Below are positions 8,912 through 19,007 of a stretch of DNA of 64,000 nucleotides, in pieces. Both the position numbers and the translations under genes were made by a program. Position 1 is the first letter of the stretch. Each line of letters begins with the position of its first letter. This DNA is from Leptonemataceae bacterium (GTDB lineage Bacteria > Spirochaetota > Leptospiria > Leptospirales > Leptonemataceae). The notes beneath the pieces were generated by a model. It was not told where the DNA came from and ran no database searches. It worked only from the letters and a program-made list of their open reading frames with translations. The stretch lies in contig OZ245742.1 of the NCBI GenBank assembly GCA_965227295.1, positions 832,001-896,000 of the forward strand. The letters are read 5' to 3'.

Positions 8912-10189
8912 ATGCTCGATCTAAAACTCATACAAGATAACCCGCAAGCCCTCGAAGACATGCTGCGCCGGCGGCGGGCGAAGGGCGTCGATACTGCCGC
9001 CCTGGGCGCGCTCATCGAAAAACGCAAAGAGAGCATCGCGAAAGTCGAGGCCCTGCGCTCGGAACGCAACGCGGCGAGCAAAGAGATCGGCGCATTGATG
9101 GGCAAAGGCGAAAAAGACGCCGCCGAAGAACGCAAGGCCGAGGTCAAAGGCCTGGGTGACGAAATCAGCGCCCTGGAAGAACAACTGAACGGCGTTGAAA
9201 CTGAGATGAACGAAATCGTGCAGGGCCTGCCCAACTGGCTCGACGATTCCGTTCCCGACGGCGAGGACGACTCCGACAACGTGGAACTTCGCCAGGTCGG
9301 CGATATTCCGAAGTTCGACTTCGAACCGAAGCCGCACTACGAACTCGGCGAGGCCCTGGGCATTCTGGACTTCGAGCGCGGCGTAAAGCTCGCCGGCTCG
9401 CGTTTTTATACGTATCGCGGGCTCGCCGCACAGCTCGAACGTGCGCTCATCTCGTTCATGCTGGACCTGCACACCGGCCGCCACGGTTACACCGAGGTCT
9501 TTGTGCCGCTGCTAACTTCCGATGACAGCATGTTTGCCACCGGCCAGTTCCCGAAGTTCCGCGGCGACTTCTACGCCCTGGAAAACGACGGCCTGAATCT
9601 CATCCCCACGAGCGAAGTGCAACTCGTGAATCTCTACCGCGACGAGATCATCGCCGCGGACGATCTGCCCATCGCCGTCACCGCGTCCACGTCGTGCTTC
9701 CGCCGGGAGGCCGGCGCCGCGGGCAAGGACACCCGCGGTCTGGTGCGCGTGCATCAATTTCAGAAAGTAGAGCTGGTACAGCTCGCGCACCCCGATCAAT
9801 CCGAAGCGATCCACGAGGCCATGCTCGGCCACGCCGAGGCCGTGCTGCAACACCTGGGCATTCCGTACCGCGTGGTACAACTTTGCTCCGGCGACATCGG
9901 CGCCGCGGCGGTAAAGACCTACGATATCGAAGTCTGGATGCCGGGCCTGAACCGCTGGCTCGAAATCTCGTCCGTCTCGAATTGCCGGGACTACCAGGCG
10001 CGACGCGGCATGATTCGCTTCAAAGGTACTGAAAAGAAAGCGAAGACCGCGTATCTGCATACCCTGAACGGCTCCGGTGTCGCCGCCGGTCGCTGCCTCA
10101 TTGCAATCATGGAAAACTACCAGCAGGCCGACGGCACCTTCGCCGTGCCCGCCGCTCTGAAACCGTACATGGAACGGGCACTGCCCTGA
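8912..10189 (+). CDS. serS: Serine--tRNA ligase
   Basis: N-terminal coiled-coil arm, LIPTSEV, FRREAG, RVHQFQKVE, EISSVSNC, HTLNGSG. Confidence 0.98.
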   Translation: MLDLKLIQDNPQALEDMLRRRRAKGVDTAALGALIEKRKESIAKVEALRSERNAASKEIGALMGKGEKDAAEERKAEVKGLGDEISALEEQLNGVETEMNEIVQGLPNWLDDSVPDGEDDSDNVELRQVGDIPKFDFEPKPHYELGEALGILDFERGVKLAGSRFYTYRGLAAQLERALISFMLDLHTGRHGYTEVFVPLLTSDDSMFATGQFPKFRGDFYALENDGLNLIPTSEVQLVNLYRDEIIAADDLPIAVTASTSCFRREAGAAGKDTRGLVRVHQFQKVELVQLAHPDQSEAIHEAMLGHAEAVLQHLGIPYRVVQLCSGDIGAAAVKTYDIEVWMPGLNRWLEISSVSNCRDYQARRGMIRFKGTEKKAKTAYLHTLNGSGVAAGRCLIAIMENYQQADGTFAVPAALKPYMERALP

Positions 10190-10190
10190 A

Positions 10191-10421
10191 TCATTTTCAC
10201 AGGACCACAGTGTCCCGCGCTACGGCGACGTGGAACTGGCCGCCAAAATGATGCGCAAGCACAAGATCCATCATCTGGTCGTAACGCATGAGCAGAAGCT
10301 CGTAGGAATCGTCAGTTCGTTTGATCTGCTTCAACTGATCGAAGGCAAAAGGTTTTCGGCAAAGAACGCGCCGACGCCGAAAAAGAAGGCAGCGGGCAAA
10401 CGGGCCCGGGCAGAGGCCTGA
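10191..10421 (+). pseudogene. CBS-domain protein fragment (single C-terminal CBS repeat)
   Basis: In-frame HSVPRYGDVELAAKMMRKHKIHHLVVTHEQKLVGIVSSFDLL is one CBS motif; first CBS repeat and a convincing start are missing. Confidence 0.6.
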
Positions 10422-10537
10422 CCGGTATTCACTACGGCGAAGCCATCGTCGGCAACGTCGGCTCATCGGAGCGACTGGAGTATACGGTCATCGGCGACAC
10501 TGTGATATTGAGACCTTTGCCGTGGTTCAAGACTTAG
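10421..10537 (+). pseudogene. Class III adenylate/guanylate cyclase catalytic-domain fragment
   Basis: Not in the ORF track. 10421-10504 translates TGIHYGEAIVGNVGSSERLEYTVIGDTV, then unrelated ILRPLPWFKT* in place of the expected NxAxR. Confidence 0.75.
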
Positions 10538-10692
10538 TTACGGATGCACGGTCGTTAAAATCGTAGAGTAAGTTCCGGAATGGTTAAGGGAATTTTTTGG
10601 CTACGGCACCGGGAGAACAGTCACCACTACTCTCCGCATCCTTCGTACCTCTGCGGTAAGAACGCCGCGATTGCCGCTGCGCGACACCGCCA

Positions 10693-11124
10693 CTACAACA
10701 GCGGTTCGAGCGCGTGCACGCCGCGCACCAGGTGACCGATGATTTCCGGAAACTTCGCGCGCTGTTCGTCCGTAAACTCCGCGAAGGAAATCGGCGCGCG
10801 GATGGCATCGAACGTGCGCGCGGTGAAAAACAGAATGCCGTCCGCCGGATTGCCGCGGCGAATCGAATTGCGTAAAAACGACACGTTGCCTTCCAGTTTC
10901 AGAGAGGGCACCATCGCATTCAGTTCACCCAGGCCGTGGACCAACTCCAGCATGGCCGCCTCGAAGCGGCGCCGCTGTTCCTCGTCGAAGCTGTCCTCTT
11001 CGAGAAAGTGCTCCACGTACTCCTCGATGGCCAGAAACGTCTCCGCGAAGGCCGCGATGATTTGATCCAGGGGAACGTTCTTCTTCGCCTGGCTCATGAT
11101 AAATGCGATATTCTTGCGAAACAT
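10693..11124 (-). CDS. Hypothetical helical protein coupled to the MCP gene
   Basis: 143 aa with natural composition; start overlaps the MCP stop (TGATG). Confidence 0.65.
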   Translation of the reverse strand: MFRKNIAFIMSQAKKNVPLDQIIAAFAETFLAIEEYVEHFLEEDSFDEEQRRRFEAAMLELVHGLGELNAMVPSLKLEGNVSFLRNSIRRGNPADGILFFTARTFDAIRAPISFAEFTDEQRAKFPEIIGHLVRGVHALEPLL

Positions 11125-13286
11125 CAGTTTTCCGAGATCTTAAAATCTTCCACTGTCCGTGCAAGAAATTCTGCCTGGTCGGCGACGGTCTTGATGGATC
11201 GCGCCATTTCCTGGGAGTTATTCGAAGAGTTCTGTGCGCTTTCGCTGATGCCGGCAATCGTGTTCATCATCTCTTCCGCCGTGGAACTCTGCTGCTGCTC
11301 CGACGATACGATCTGCTTCGTCATTTCGGTCATGCGCTGCATGGACTCCCGAATGGTTTCGTTTAACTTCGCCTGATTTTTGGCCAGGCTTTCCAGCACC
11401 TCGGCCAATTCGCTGACCTGAGACGCCTCGGTGCGCATGTGCTTCACCGCCTCACCCAGGGATTCGACCTTCTCTTCGCCGGAGCTGACGCTGGAGAGGG
11501 CCTCATGGATCAGTTCTTCAATCTCCCCCGTCGCCTCGGAAGAGCGTTCCGCGAGACGCGAGACCTCATCGGCGACCACGGCAAATCCGCGACCGGCCTC
11601 CCCCGCCCGGGCCGCTTCAATGGCAGCATTCAGAGAAAGCAAGTTAGTGCGATCGGAGATGTCGTTGATGACGCTCAAGATCTCGCTGATCTTCTCGCTG
11701 GAGGACACGATGCGCCGAATGCCCTCCACTGCTTCCTGGGACGACGCCTGGGCCTGCCAGGCCTGGTGCACCGAGGACTCCGAGCGATTACGGATCTCGT
11801 GCGCCTTAATCGTGAGATTCTCGATCGACGCGTTCAAATCTTTTTCGAGGACCGTCAGGATATTCGAAATCAAAGCTGACTGCTCCGAAATTTTGCCGGA
11901 TATCTCCTCGATGGATGCGCTCATTTCCTCCATGGAAGCCGAGGCCTCCTCGGTGGCAGAGGCCTGGTCCTGGGCGCCGTCGGCGAAACCTTCCGCCGAA
12001 CGGGTGAGTGCCTCGTTTTGATCCTGCACCCGGACGGCCACGCCGCGGATCGTATTGATCTTCGCCGAGAGCTGTACAAAAAACGAACTGAGTGTCAACG
12101 CCAGCCGACCGATCTCGTCGAGAGACTCGGCACCGGCCCGGTGACTGAGATCACCGCGCTCCACGCGCTCGGTCATACGCATGAGCCCGTTGATGCTGCG
12201 GGCAATCGTATTCGCAAAGAAGAACGAAAGACTCGCCGCCACGATCAACCCACCCACGGCGAAGATGCCGATCCACATCCACAACGAGTTCAGTCGCTGG
12301 AGCTCAGCCGCCAGATCCCGCACCGAACAGAGGAAGTACTCGCTGCCCCGCGAACAGACGATGATGCGTTCCAGCTCGGTATCGTAGTAGGATCCCCCCG
12401 AAACGTTTTCAAAGACCTTGCGAAAGTGATCGCCGGCATCCGCCTGGCGATGATGCTGAAACAGTTTCGGTCCCGTACTCAGAATCAGATCGTTTTCGTT
12501 AGCATCGTACAGATAAAAGTTACGCTGATATACCGTTTTGGCCTGCCTGAGCCGGAGCTTCATGTTGCTTTCGAACTCATCGTCCAGGAAGGTTTCCGCA
12601 AAGATGTGTTTGTGAATATGTTCCGTGCTGTACTCGATCTCTCGAATGGTTTCGTTGACGCCGGTGTAGTAAGCCATGCCGCCCAGCCAGATGGTATAGC
12701 CGAGGGGAAAGAGCAAAAAGGCCGGCACAATCTTCGACCGAAGGGACCACTGGAATCCGCGGACCTCGTGACCAGCGTCGGCTATGCGCCGGGACAGGCT
12801 TGCCGCCAGGGGACCGAGAAAGGCCGAGAAGCCCGCGTAAACATTGAGGGGGACGGCGATCAACCCGGCGCAAGCACCGAGGACGATGGTTCCCATGGTA
12901 AGCGGGCCGAAGTGCTGCAACTTCCAGAAAACGTAAACCAACGCCGACGCCGCCAGCCACACGACGATGATCACGACGGTCATGCGAACCGGCAACGAGT
13001 AGGATCTCCGGACGGCCCGGTCCAGCTCCGCGGCTTCCACATCTTCGCGCTGGTCCAGCCGCCGTACACAGCTTCGAAGCGGAGCTGACACGAGAAAGTA
13101 ATAAACCAACGCCGCCACGGCGCCGACGAACCAGATTCCGATCACCACCGGCACAAGTACGGGAAAACGCGAAGTCGGATAGTTGCCCAAATAGAACAGG
13201 GCCACTGCCCAGACACCGTTCCACAGGAACCAGTTTGCAAGATAACAGAGCAGCAGTGCCGTGCCGGGGTAACGAAGAATCTCCAT
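11124..13286 (-). CDS. Methyl-accepting chemotaxis protein
   Basis: Several N-terminal TMs, HAMP (DLS..DEIGRLA), hairpin tip [29 protein letters not shown]. Confidence 0.95.
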   Translation of the reverse strand: MEILRYPGTALLLCYLANWFLWNGVWAVALFYLGNYPTSRFPVLVPVVIGIWFVGAVAALVYYFLVSAPLRSCVRRLDQREDVEAAELDRAVRRSYSLPVRMTVVIIVVWLAASALVYVFWKLQHFGPLTMGTIVLGACAGLIAVPLNVYAGFSAFLGPLAASLSRRIADAGHEVRGFQWSLRSKIVPAFLLFPLGYTIWLGGMAYYTGVNETIREIEYSTEHIHKHIFAETFLDDEFESNMKLRLRQAKTVYQRNFYLYDANENDLILSTGPKLFQHHRQADAGDHFRKVFENVSGGSYYDTELERIIVCSRGSEYFLCSVRDLAAELQRLNSLWMWIGIFAVGGLIVAASLSFFFANTIARSINGLMRMTERVERGDLSHRAGAESLDEIGRLALTLSSFFVQLSAKINTIRGVAVRVQDQNEALTRSAEGFADGAQDQASATEEASASMEEMSASIEEISGKISEQSALISNILTVLEKDLNASIENLTIKAHEIRNRSESSVHQAWQAQASSQEAVEGIRRIVSSSEKISEILSVINDISDRTNLLSLNAAIEAARAGEAGRGFAVVADEVSRLAERSSEATGEIEELIHEALSSVSSGEEKVESLGEAVKHMRTEASQVSELAEVLESLAKNQAKLNETIRESMQRMTEMTKQIVSSEQQQSSTAEEMMNTIAGISESAQNSSNNSQEMARSIKTVADQAEFLARTVEDFKISEN

Positions 13287-13388
13287 AGAACGGAAGACCT
13301 ACACCGTGCCCGGCAGTGCGATTTGCATAGAAAATTTACAATAGTCGGAGATGCGAAAACAGAAAATCAGCTCCGATTTAAGCAAGCT

Positions 13389-13871
13389 TCAAAGCAACTT
13401 TTCGATGTCACCGGCCATATCTTCGGGTTTCGTATTCGGCGCGTAGCGATCCACCACCTCACCGTTCTTGTTAACGAGGAACTTCGTAAAGTTCCACTTA
13501 ATGGCTTCCGTACCCAGCACACCCTTCTGCGCTTTTTTCAAATGCTGGAAGAGCGGATGCGCGCTCTGTCCGTTGACGTCGACCTTCGTGTGCATGGGAA
13601 AACTGACGCCGTAGTTTACCTGGCAAAAACTTTGAATATCCTCGGCACTGCCCGGTTCTTGCTGACCGAATTGATTGCACGGAAAACCGAGGACGACCAG
13701 ACCCTGGTCCTTAAACTTTTTGTGAAGATTTTCGAGGCCCTCATACTGCGGCGTGAAACCGCACTGGCTCGCCGTGTTGACGATCAACATAACCTGATCT
13801 TTGTATTCACCGAGCTTGCGTTTCTCGCCGCCGATGGACTCCACTTCAATATCATAAATAGAATCTGACAT
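13389..13871 (-). CDS. gpx: Glutathione peroxidase family protein (Cys type)
   Basis: NTASQCG, GFPCNQFG and KWNFTKFLV signatures. Confidence 0.96.
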   Translation of the reverse strand: MSDSIYDIEVESIGGEKRKLGEYKDQVMLIVNTASQCGFTPQYEGLENLHKKFKDQGLVVLGFPCNQFGQQEPGSAEDIQSFCQVNYGVSFPMHTKVDVNGQSAHPLFQHLKKAQKGVLGTEAIKWNFTKFLVNKNGEVVDRYAPNTKPEDMAGDIEKLL

Positions 13872-13981
13872 TTGTTACTCCCTGAATTGCATTCAACTAA
13901 GCCCCGGTCCGCCTTACCCGGCCACCGTAAATCCGCACAAAAAATGCTCCCGGGATCCGTGCGATCATCCGAAGCTGAAAT

Positions 13982-14608
13982 ATGGACTTCTCCTCCGATA
14001 ACCCGATGCTCCGAATCCAGGGCCGGGTAGGCGACATAATCCAGCGCATGCAGAGTATGGAGCAGCGCGTCGGTGGCCGGGCCGGCGCGATCACGGAGCG
14101 CTTCTCCACCGCGACTCCCGCGCCGGAACACGGCGCGCAGCGGGTCGGGCCGGACCGGCCTCCCGAAAAAGCGACAGAGTCATCGCCCGGGACTCCTGAA
14201 ACCGTCGGCGGCATCCCGCGCTCCGGCTTCGCCGCGGAACTGGAAGCCATGATCCAGGCCGAAGCGGGTCGCAGCCGGGTCTCGCCCGACCTGATCCGCG
14301 CCGTGGTGGAAACCGAAAGCGCCGGCAAGGCGGACGCTGTATCCCGGGCGGGCGCCGTCGGTCTCATGCAACTCATGCCGGACACGGCCCGGGAACTCGG
14401 CGTCGATCCCACGGACCCGCAGGAGAACCTCCGCGGCGGCGTGCAGTACCTCACGCAGATGGCGCGGCAGTTCGGCAACCTGGACGAGACCCTGGCCGCC
14501 TACAACGCCGGTCCGGGCGCGGTGAAACGCCACGGCGGCGTGCCGCCCTATCAAGAAACCCAGGATTATGTGAAACGCATCCGTCGAATTCTCGACGAAA
14601 AGAGATGA
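13982..14608 (+). CDS. Lytic transglycosylase (SLT domain)
   Basis: AVVETES, GAVGLMQLMP, AAYNAG, ETQDYV. Confidence 0.93.
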   Translation: MDFSSDNPMLRIQGRVGDIIQRMQSMEQRVGGRAGAITERFSTATPAPEHGAQRVGPDRPPEKATESSPGTPETVGGIPRSGFAAELEAMIQAEAGRSRVSPDLIRAVVETESAGKADAVSRAGAVGLMQLMPDTARELGVDPTDPQENLRGGVQYLTQMARQFGNLDETLAAYNAGPGAVKRHGGVPPYQETQDYVKRIRRILDEKR

Positions 14609-14630
14609 GCACCCGCGCGCGAACTTTACA

Positions 14631-15245
14631 ATGCGATCCTGTTTCTTCCGATGTACAGTGCTGATTCTTTGTGCGCTGATCTTCACTGCCTGTCCGCGCA
14701 ATCCCGAGGACGCGCTGATGCTGCATCTGTATCACTCGTTGCACGAAGAGATTCAGCGCGCGGCGCTGGGAACGGACGTTGCACCGGAGTACATGGCCGC
14801 GCTCATCAGCCTCGAGTCCTCCCCGCCCGGCAATCGCGACAGCGAACGTTTCGAACAGCACGTCTACGAAAAGATCCTGGCGCTGAAACACGAGGGCACG
14901 GCCTGGGGCGGCCTGAATCGCAAACAGGTCCGGCGCATCTCCGACAACGAACTGCGTAAACTCGCCACAAGCTACGGCCTGGTGCAGATCATGGGATACC
15001 ACTGCCTGCAACTCGGCTGCGAAATCGATGAGCTGACCGGCCCGTACCAACTCCAGTGGGCCGCAGCATATATGCAATTCCACTACGGCCGGCAGGCGAA
15101 GCGTAGCGATTGGGAAGACTGTTTTCGCATCCACAATACCGGTCGTCCCGACGGGCGCACCGGACGCCGCGACTACGTGGAACGCGGCATCGTCCGCATG
15201 GAGTACTATCGCGAATGGATGCAAAGAGAAGGACGCATGTTTTGA
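14631..15245 (+). CDS. Lysozyme-fold lipoprotein, DUF3380/N-acetylmuramidase-like
   Basis: Lipobox IFTAC; ALISLES (candidate catalytic Glu), RFEQHVY and TSYGLVQIMGYH resemble the DUF3380 FERH and SWGxFQIMG motifs. Confidence 0.6.
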   Translation: MRSCFFRCTVLILCALIFTACPRNPEDALMLHLYHSLHEEIQRAALGTDVAPEYMAALISLESSPPGNRDSERFEQHVYEKILALKHEGTAWGGLNRKQVRRISDNELRKLATSYGLVQIMGYHCLQLGCEIDELTGPYQLQWAAAYMQFHYGRQAKRSDWEDCFRIHNTGRPDGRTGRRDYVERGIVRMEYYREWMQREGRMF

Positions 15246-15246
15246 C

Positions 15247-15942
15247 TCAAACGCGCTTCGCAAACCAACCGTGCACGAGCGCGGCCCGAAAAAACTCTAC
15301 CGGCGTTTGAAAACCGCCGGCTTCGATCATGGCAGCAACTGATTCCGGCGGCAGGACCGCCACGTCCCCCGCATAAGTTGCGCGCGTTTGCTCCAATTTT
15401 TCGGCGGAGAAGTGCCCGCCGGTCTGCACGCGAATCCAGATGCGCAACAGCGCGTCGTACTGATTGCTACTGATATCCGACGCCAGATCGGCATTCGCCA
15501 GGATGCCTCCGGGAACAAGTCTGTCCGCGATGGCCTGGAAAAAAGCGGAGCGCGCCTTCGGTTCCAGGATAAACTGCGAGACGAGAAAGCACGTGGCCGC
15601 GTGATGCATGTCTTTCGGCGGCAACGAGTCCAGGTAACCTTCGTGAAAGTAACAACGCGAGGCGAAGCCCTGCTCCTCGGCTCGCCGACGACAGACCTCC
15701 AGCATTCCGCCGGATGGCTCGACCGCGGTGAATTGCCAGGCCGGATACGCTTCGGCCAGGTACGCCATCTCGCGGCCGGTTCCGGGACCGACACACAGAA
15801 TCCGCGCCTCCTCCGGAAGCTCCGCGAGTCCGAGTTTCAGCAGATAGTACAGTCCGTTTAAGATCGGCGCGTGCTTCTCCCACTGTTTGTCGTACCCCGA
15901 CGCCTGCTTATCAAAAATAGCTTTGAGATCCTCTTGCCGCAT
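15247..15942 (-). CDS. Class I SAM-dependent methyltransferase (CmoA-like)
   Basis: ILCVGPGTG motif I, AVEPS, LVPGGIL; start taken at MRQEDL. Confidence 0.88.
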   Translation of the reverse strand: MRQEDLKAIFDKQASGYDKQWEKHAPILNGLYYLLKLGLAELPEEARILCVGPGTGREMAYLAEAYPAWQFTAVEPSGGMLEVCRRRAEEQGFASRCYFHEGYLDSLPPKDMHHAATCFLVSQFILEPKARSAFFQAIADRLVPGGILANADLASDISSNQYDALLRIWIRVQTGGHFSAEKLEQTRATYAGDVAVLPPESVAAMIEAGGFQTPVEFFRAALVHGWFAKRV

Positions 15943-15980
15943 GTGATTTCCTGAATAATGCGCACAGAGCACGTGCGCAC

Positions 15981-16020
15981 AAAAAAACCGGGCGACACTT
16001 CGTGTGCCGGCCCGGTTTTT
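15981..16020 (-). terminator. Intrinsic (probably bidirectional) terminator after lipL21
   Basis: AAAAACCGGGC...GCCCGGTTTTT stem; U7 tail on minus strand 21 nt after the lipL21 stop. Confidence 0.85.
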
Positions 16021-16041
16021 CGTTCCACGCTGCCGGTGGAA

Positions 16042-16638
16042 TTACATGTCCGCGTCGATCTCTTCGACCTGCGCTTCGAATGCTTTCTGTCCGCCGGGAT
16101 ACTTGAAGTAACCGACGCACTGGCAATCTTCCCAGGTCTCGGCTTCGCCTTCCGCGGGGTTGGCGCAACGACCGGTGTCCTGGCTCAGAGAGCAGCAGTC
16201 GTAAAGACCGATGCCGCTGATTTTGCCGGCACTCTGCGTAACGATGGCCTGACCGGTCGACTGACCGTCGGAAACACCGGAAGCCTGCTCTACGTAGTCA
16301 CCCACGATTTTGGAGAGGCCGTCACCGGCTACCAGGTCACGAGCGGCGCGGCGGCAGGTCGTTTGTTTCATCGCGATAGAGCGAGCGTTGATGGCGCGCT
16401 GAGAAGCACGCGCGGAGAATTTGAGATACAGATAGTCTTTTTTAGTATCGTCATCGCAGTACTCAGCGGGACTGAGACCGGACTTGGCTTTGGCCGCGTC
16501 GGGGGCGCAGGCCCAACCTTCGAATACCCAGCCCTCGGCACCTACGGTCGTGGCATCGCGACGTGCGTCGCCGCCACCGCCGCATTGAAATCCGAAAGCG
16601 ACAGCCAGTAAAATTGCTACGATTGAAAAGCGGTTCAT
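16042..16638 (-). CDS. lipL21: Surface lipoprotein LipL21 homologue
   Basis: DATTVG..GWxFEGW, YLKFSARAS, QTTCR, ASGVSDG, WEDCQCV..KYPGG match leptospiral LipL21; lipobox GFQC. Confidence 0.88.
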   Translation of the reverse strand: MNRFSIVAILLAVAFGFQCGGGGDARRDATTVGAEGWVFEGWACAPDAAKAKSGLSPAEYCDDDTKKDYLYLKFSARASQRAINARSIAMKQTTCRRAARDLVAGDGLSKIVGDYVEQASGVSDGQSTGQAIVTQSAGKISGIGLYDCCSLSQDTGRCANPAEGEAETWEDCQCVGYFKYPGGQKAFEAQVEEIDADM

Positions 16639-16822
16639 CGTTTATGACTCCTTTGTTTCCGTGCGGGTTGATGTCTTTCCGTGCCCGACAGACCGAAATG
16701 CTGTTCGTGCGCAGGAATTCGTCAATTCAATTTAGGCAGCCCCGCGGCCCACAGGGGGTTTTTGGGACATTTCACGGCTTTAGTCCGGCGGGTTCCTGAA
16801 AAAGTTCGACTTTTCCGGCCCC

Positions 16823-18583
16823 GTGGCGAGTTTCGCAGTGAAAGACGTGTCTATCTCCTTTCTAAAGATTCGGCGTACTGGAAGCCTGCTGCTCTTTGCG
16901 GCGGCACTGGGTGTGCTCATCGGCCTGCCGGCGTACTTTGCCGTGAGCATGCCGGCTGCCGACTTCGGGGCGGTGCAGGGCATCGTGAGTGCCTCGGAGC
17001 AGTGGATCGGAGCGGGCCTGCTCGGGACGGCCTTCCTCCTCCTGCTGCGGAGGATGCGCCGGGGACAGTTCCCCGCCATCGATGGCGGCGGCCCGATTTC
17101 CGGCGCGAGCCTGGCCGTGTTCCTCCCGGCAATACCGTTATTGGTGTATGTGTGGCTCTTCAGTGAGCAGGCCTACTCCAATCTCTTTTTGAGCGATCAG
17201 GACTTTACCAACATATCCAGCGCCATCAACAACACCGCGCGCGGAGACGGCCTGCTGACGACCGCGTTCTTGCAAACCGGGGCCGGCGGATCGTATCTCG
17301 GTCATCATTTTTCTCCGGTACTGTTCCTCTACGTTCCGGTGTACTGGTTCTTTCACGCGGCCGGTCGCTGGCTCGCTCCGGAGGTTTTGCTGGAATGGGG
17401 GAACACCCTGCAGCCCACGCACTGGGTCTACGCCGTGCTGCTCTGGATCACGCTGCTCGCGGCGCTCTGGTTGTGGACTCGCTTCGTGCGCCTGGAATTG
17501 CGCGATCCCCTGGCGGCGGTACTGGTCTCCGCGTTGCTTGTATCGGCGTATCCGTTGTGGCGGTTATCACTTTCGTACCACTATGAGTTGCCGGCCCTGG
17601 TCTTTTCGGCAGCGGCCTTTCTGGCATTGCGACGACGACGCATGCTTGCGTACTGGGTGGCGTTATTCTTATGGATGTCGTGCAAAGAAGACATTGCCGT
17701 ATACGTTGCGCTCTTCGGCATCTACCTGGCTGTCCACCGGCGCGACGGCGGTCCGCGCATCGGCCTGGCAACGGCAATCGTGGGGGTACTCTACTTCCTG
17801 CTCGCCAGCGGGCCGTTCATGGATCTCTTTGCGGGCGCGGAAAAACCGAACTGGGCGTCAGTATGGCAGGACGTCTGGCTCATTGACGGGCGTTCCGCAC
17901 GACCGACGTTTTTTATCGTGGCAGCGTTTGCGCTTCTGCCCCTGCTGAACGGCCGGTTGTTCTGGATCGTCATCGCGCCGATCCTCGCGCTGCACTACTT
18001 CTCGTATCATCCCTGGCATCACAACTTCCTCGGCCACTACAGTTACGATGTGCTGCCCTTTTTAATGTTCGGAACAATTCGCAGCGCGCAACGTCTGGGT
18101 CGCATCGGCCGGGTGTTCGGCGAACGGCTCCGCGAGTTCGCCCTGGTCGCGGCCCTGGGCATAAGCCTGCTTGCCGCGAGCGCGGACCGTTACATGCCCA
18201 TTCCGGGTTTGCCCGAGGATGAACGTTACAGCGTCGTCCACTCGCTACTGGAACGCATCCCCCGCGGGGCGTGTGTGCAAACCCAGGCGCCGTTCAGCGC
18301 TCACGTTCCGTTGCACGCGCGCGTGTTTCCGCTGATGATTCCCGAGACGAATCCGTTTCACGATCGCCTGCCCGGCCCGCATAACTTTGATCGTTTTTAC
18401 TTTCGCGACGCAATCTGTCGCCGCTACTATTTGCTTCTGGATCCGGACGACCCGATCGTCCCGTTCTATGTTCAGGAACATCTGGATGCCTTCGCGAACT
18501 TCGCGCGGCGCAATTTGTTTTTGGAATCGGAGCGAGAGGGCCTGCATCTCTACGTCCTGCCGCTCGTGGACCGAACCTACTGA
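16823..18583 (+). CDS. DUF2079 multi-pass membrane protein (GT-C-like)
   Basis: D-F-T-N early motif, YLGHHFSP, YHYE, CKED and many TM helices. Confidence 0.75.
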   Translation: MASFAVKDVSISFLKIRRTGSLLLFAAALGVLIGLPAYFAVSMPAADFGAVQGIVSASEQWIGAGLLGTAFLLLLRRMRRGQFPAIDGGGPISGASLAVFLPAIPLLVYVWLFSEQAYSNLFLSDQDFTNISSAINNTARGDGLLTTAFLQTGAGGSYLGHHFSPVLFLYVPVYWFFHAAGRWLAPEVLLEWGNTLQPTHWVYAVLLWITLLAALWLWTRFVRLELRDPLAAVLVSALLVSAYPLWRLSLSYHYELPALVFSAAAFLALRRRRMLAYWVALFLWMSCKEDIAVYVALFGIYLAVHRRDGGPRIGLATAIVGVLYFLLASGPFMDLFAGAEKPNWASVWQDVWLIDGRSARPTFFIVAAFALLPLLNGRLFWIVIAPILALHYFSYHPWHHNFLGHYSYDVLPFLMFGTIRSAQRLGRIGRVFGERLREFALVAALGISLLAASADRYMPIPGLPEDERYSVVHSLLERIPRGACVQTQAPFSAHVPLHARVFPLMIPETNPFHDRLPGPHNFDRFYFRDAICRRYYLLLDPDDPIVPFYVQEHLDAFANFARRNLFLESEREGLHLYVLPLVDRTY

Positions 18584-18604
18584 CGACCGGCAGGCCGCAG
18601 TAAA

Positions 18605-18913
18605 TCAGACGTAGACGATGTCGATGTTACCGAGGTAGTCGCGAATTTTGCCGAGGGTTTCCGTGATGGTAGCGGCGTCGCTCGCCTTCGCAGCATCTTC
18701 GATGGTCTTACCGTGTGTCGACAGATCGTGGAATCCGTAGCCGCCTCCGGATCCCTTCATGTTATGCCCCAGAATGCGGGCCTGCTCAAAGTCCCCCGCG
18801 GCGACCGCGGCTGCAAGCTTCTCAAGATTGCCGTCCAGATTCGACAGATACGTGGGGATTAGATCCTCCAGATCGGAGTCCACTTCCACGCGAATTTTTC
18901 CTTCGTTCGACAT
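18605..18913 (-). CDS. Stand-alone Hpt phosphotransfer protein
   Basis: GHNMKGSGGGYGF motif; 102 aa four-helix size. Confidence 0.92.
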   Translation of the reverse strand: MSNEGKIRVEVDSDLEDLIPTYLSNLDGNLEKLAAAVAAGDFEQARILGHNMKGSGGGYGFHDLSTHGKTIEDAAKASDAATITETLGKIRDYLGNIDIVYV

Positions 18914-19007
18914 ACGCCGCTCCCGCCAACCATCGTACGCAGCCCGCGCGGATTTGTTATCTGTTTTTTTTGCGCATAGCCCACTTTTAACGGAAGTCTA
19001 ACAATGA

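Noticed and set aside
13389-13871. Selenocysteine recoding in glutathione peroxidase
   Set aside because: The active-site codon is TGC (Cys); no in-frame TGA.
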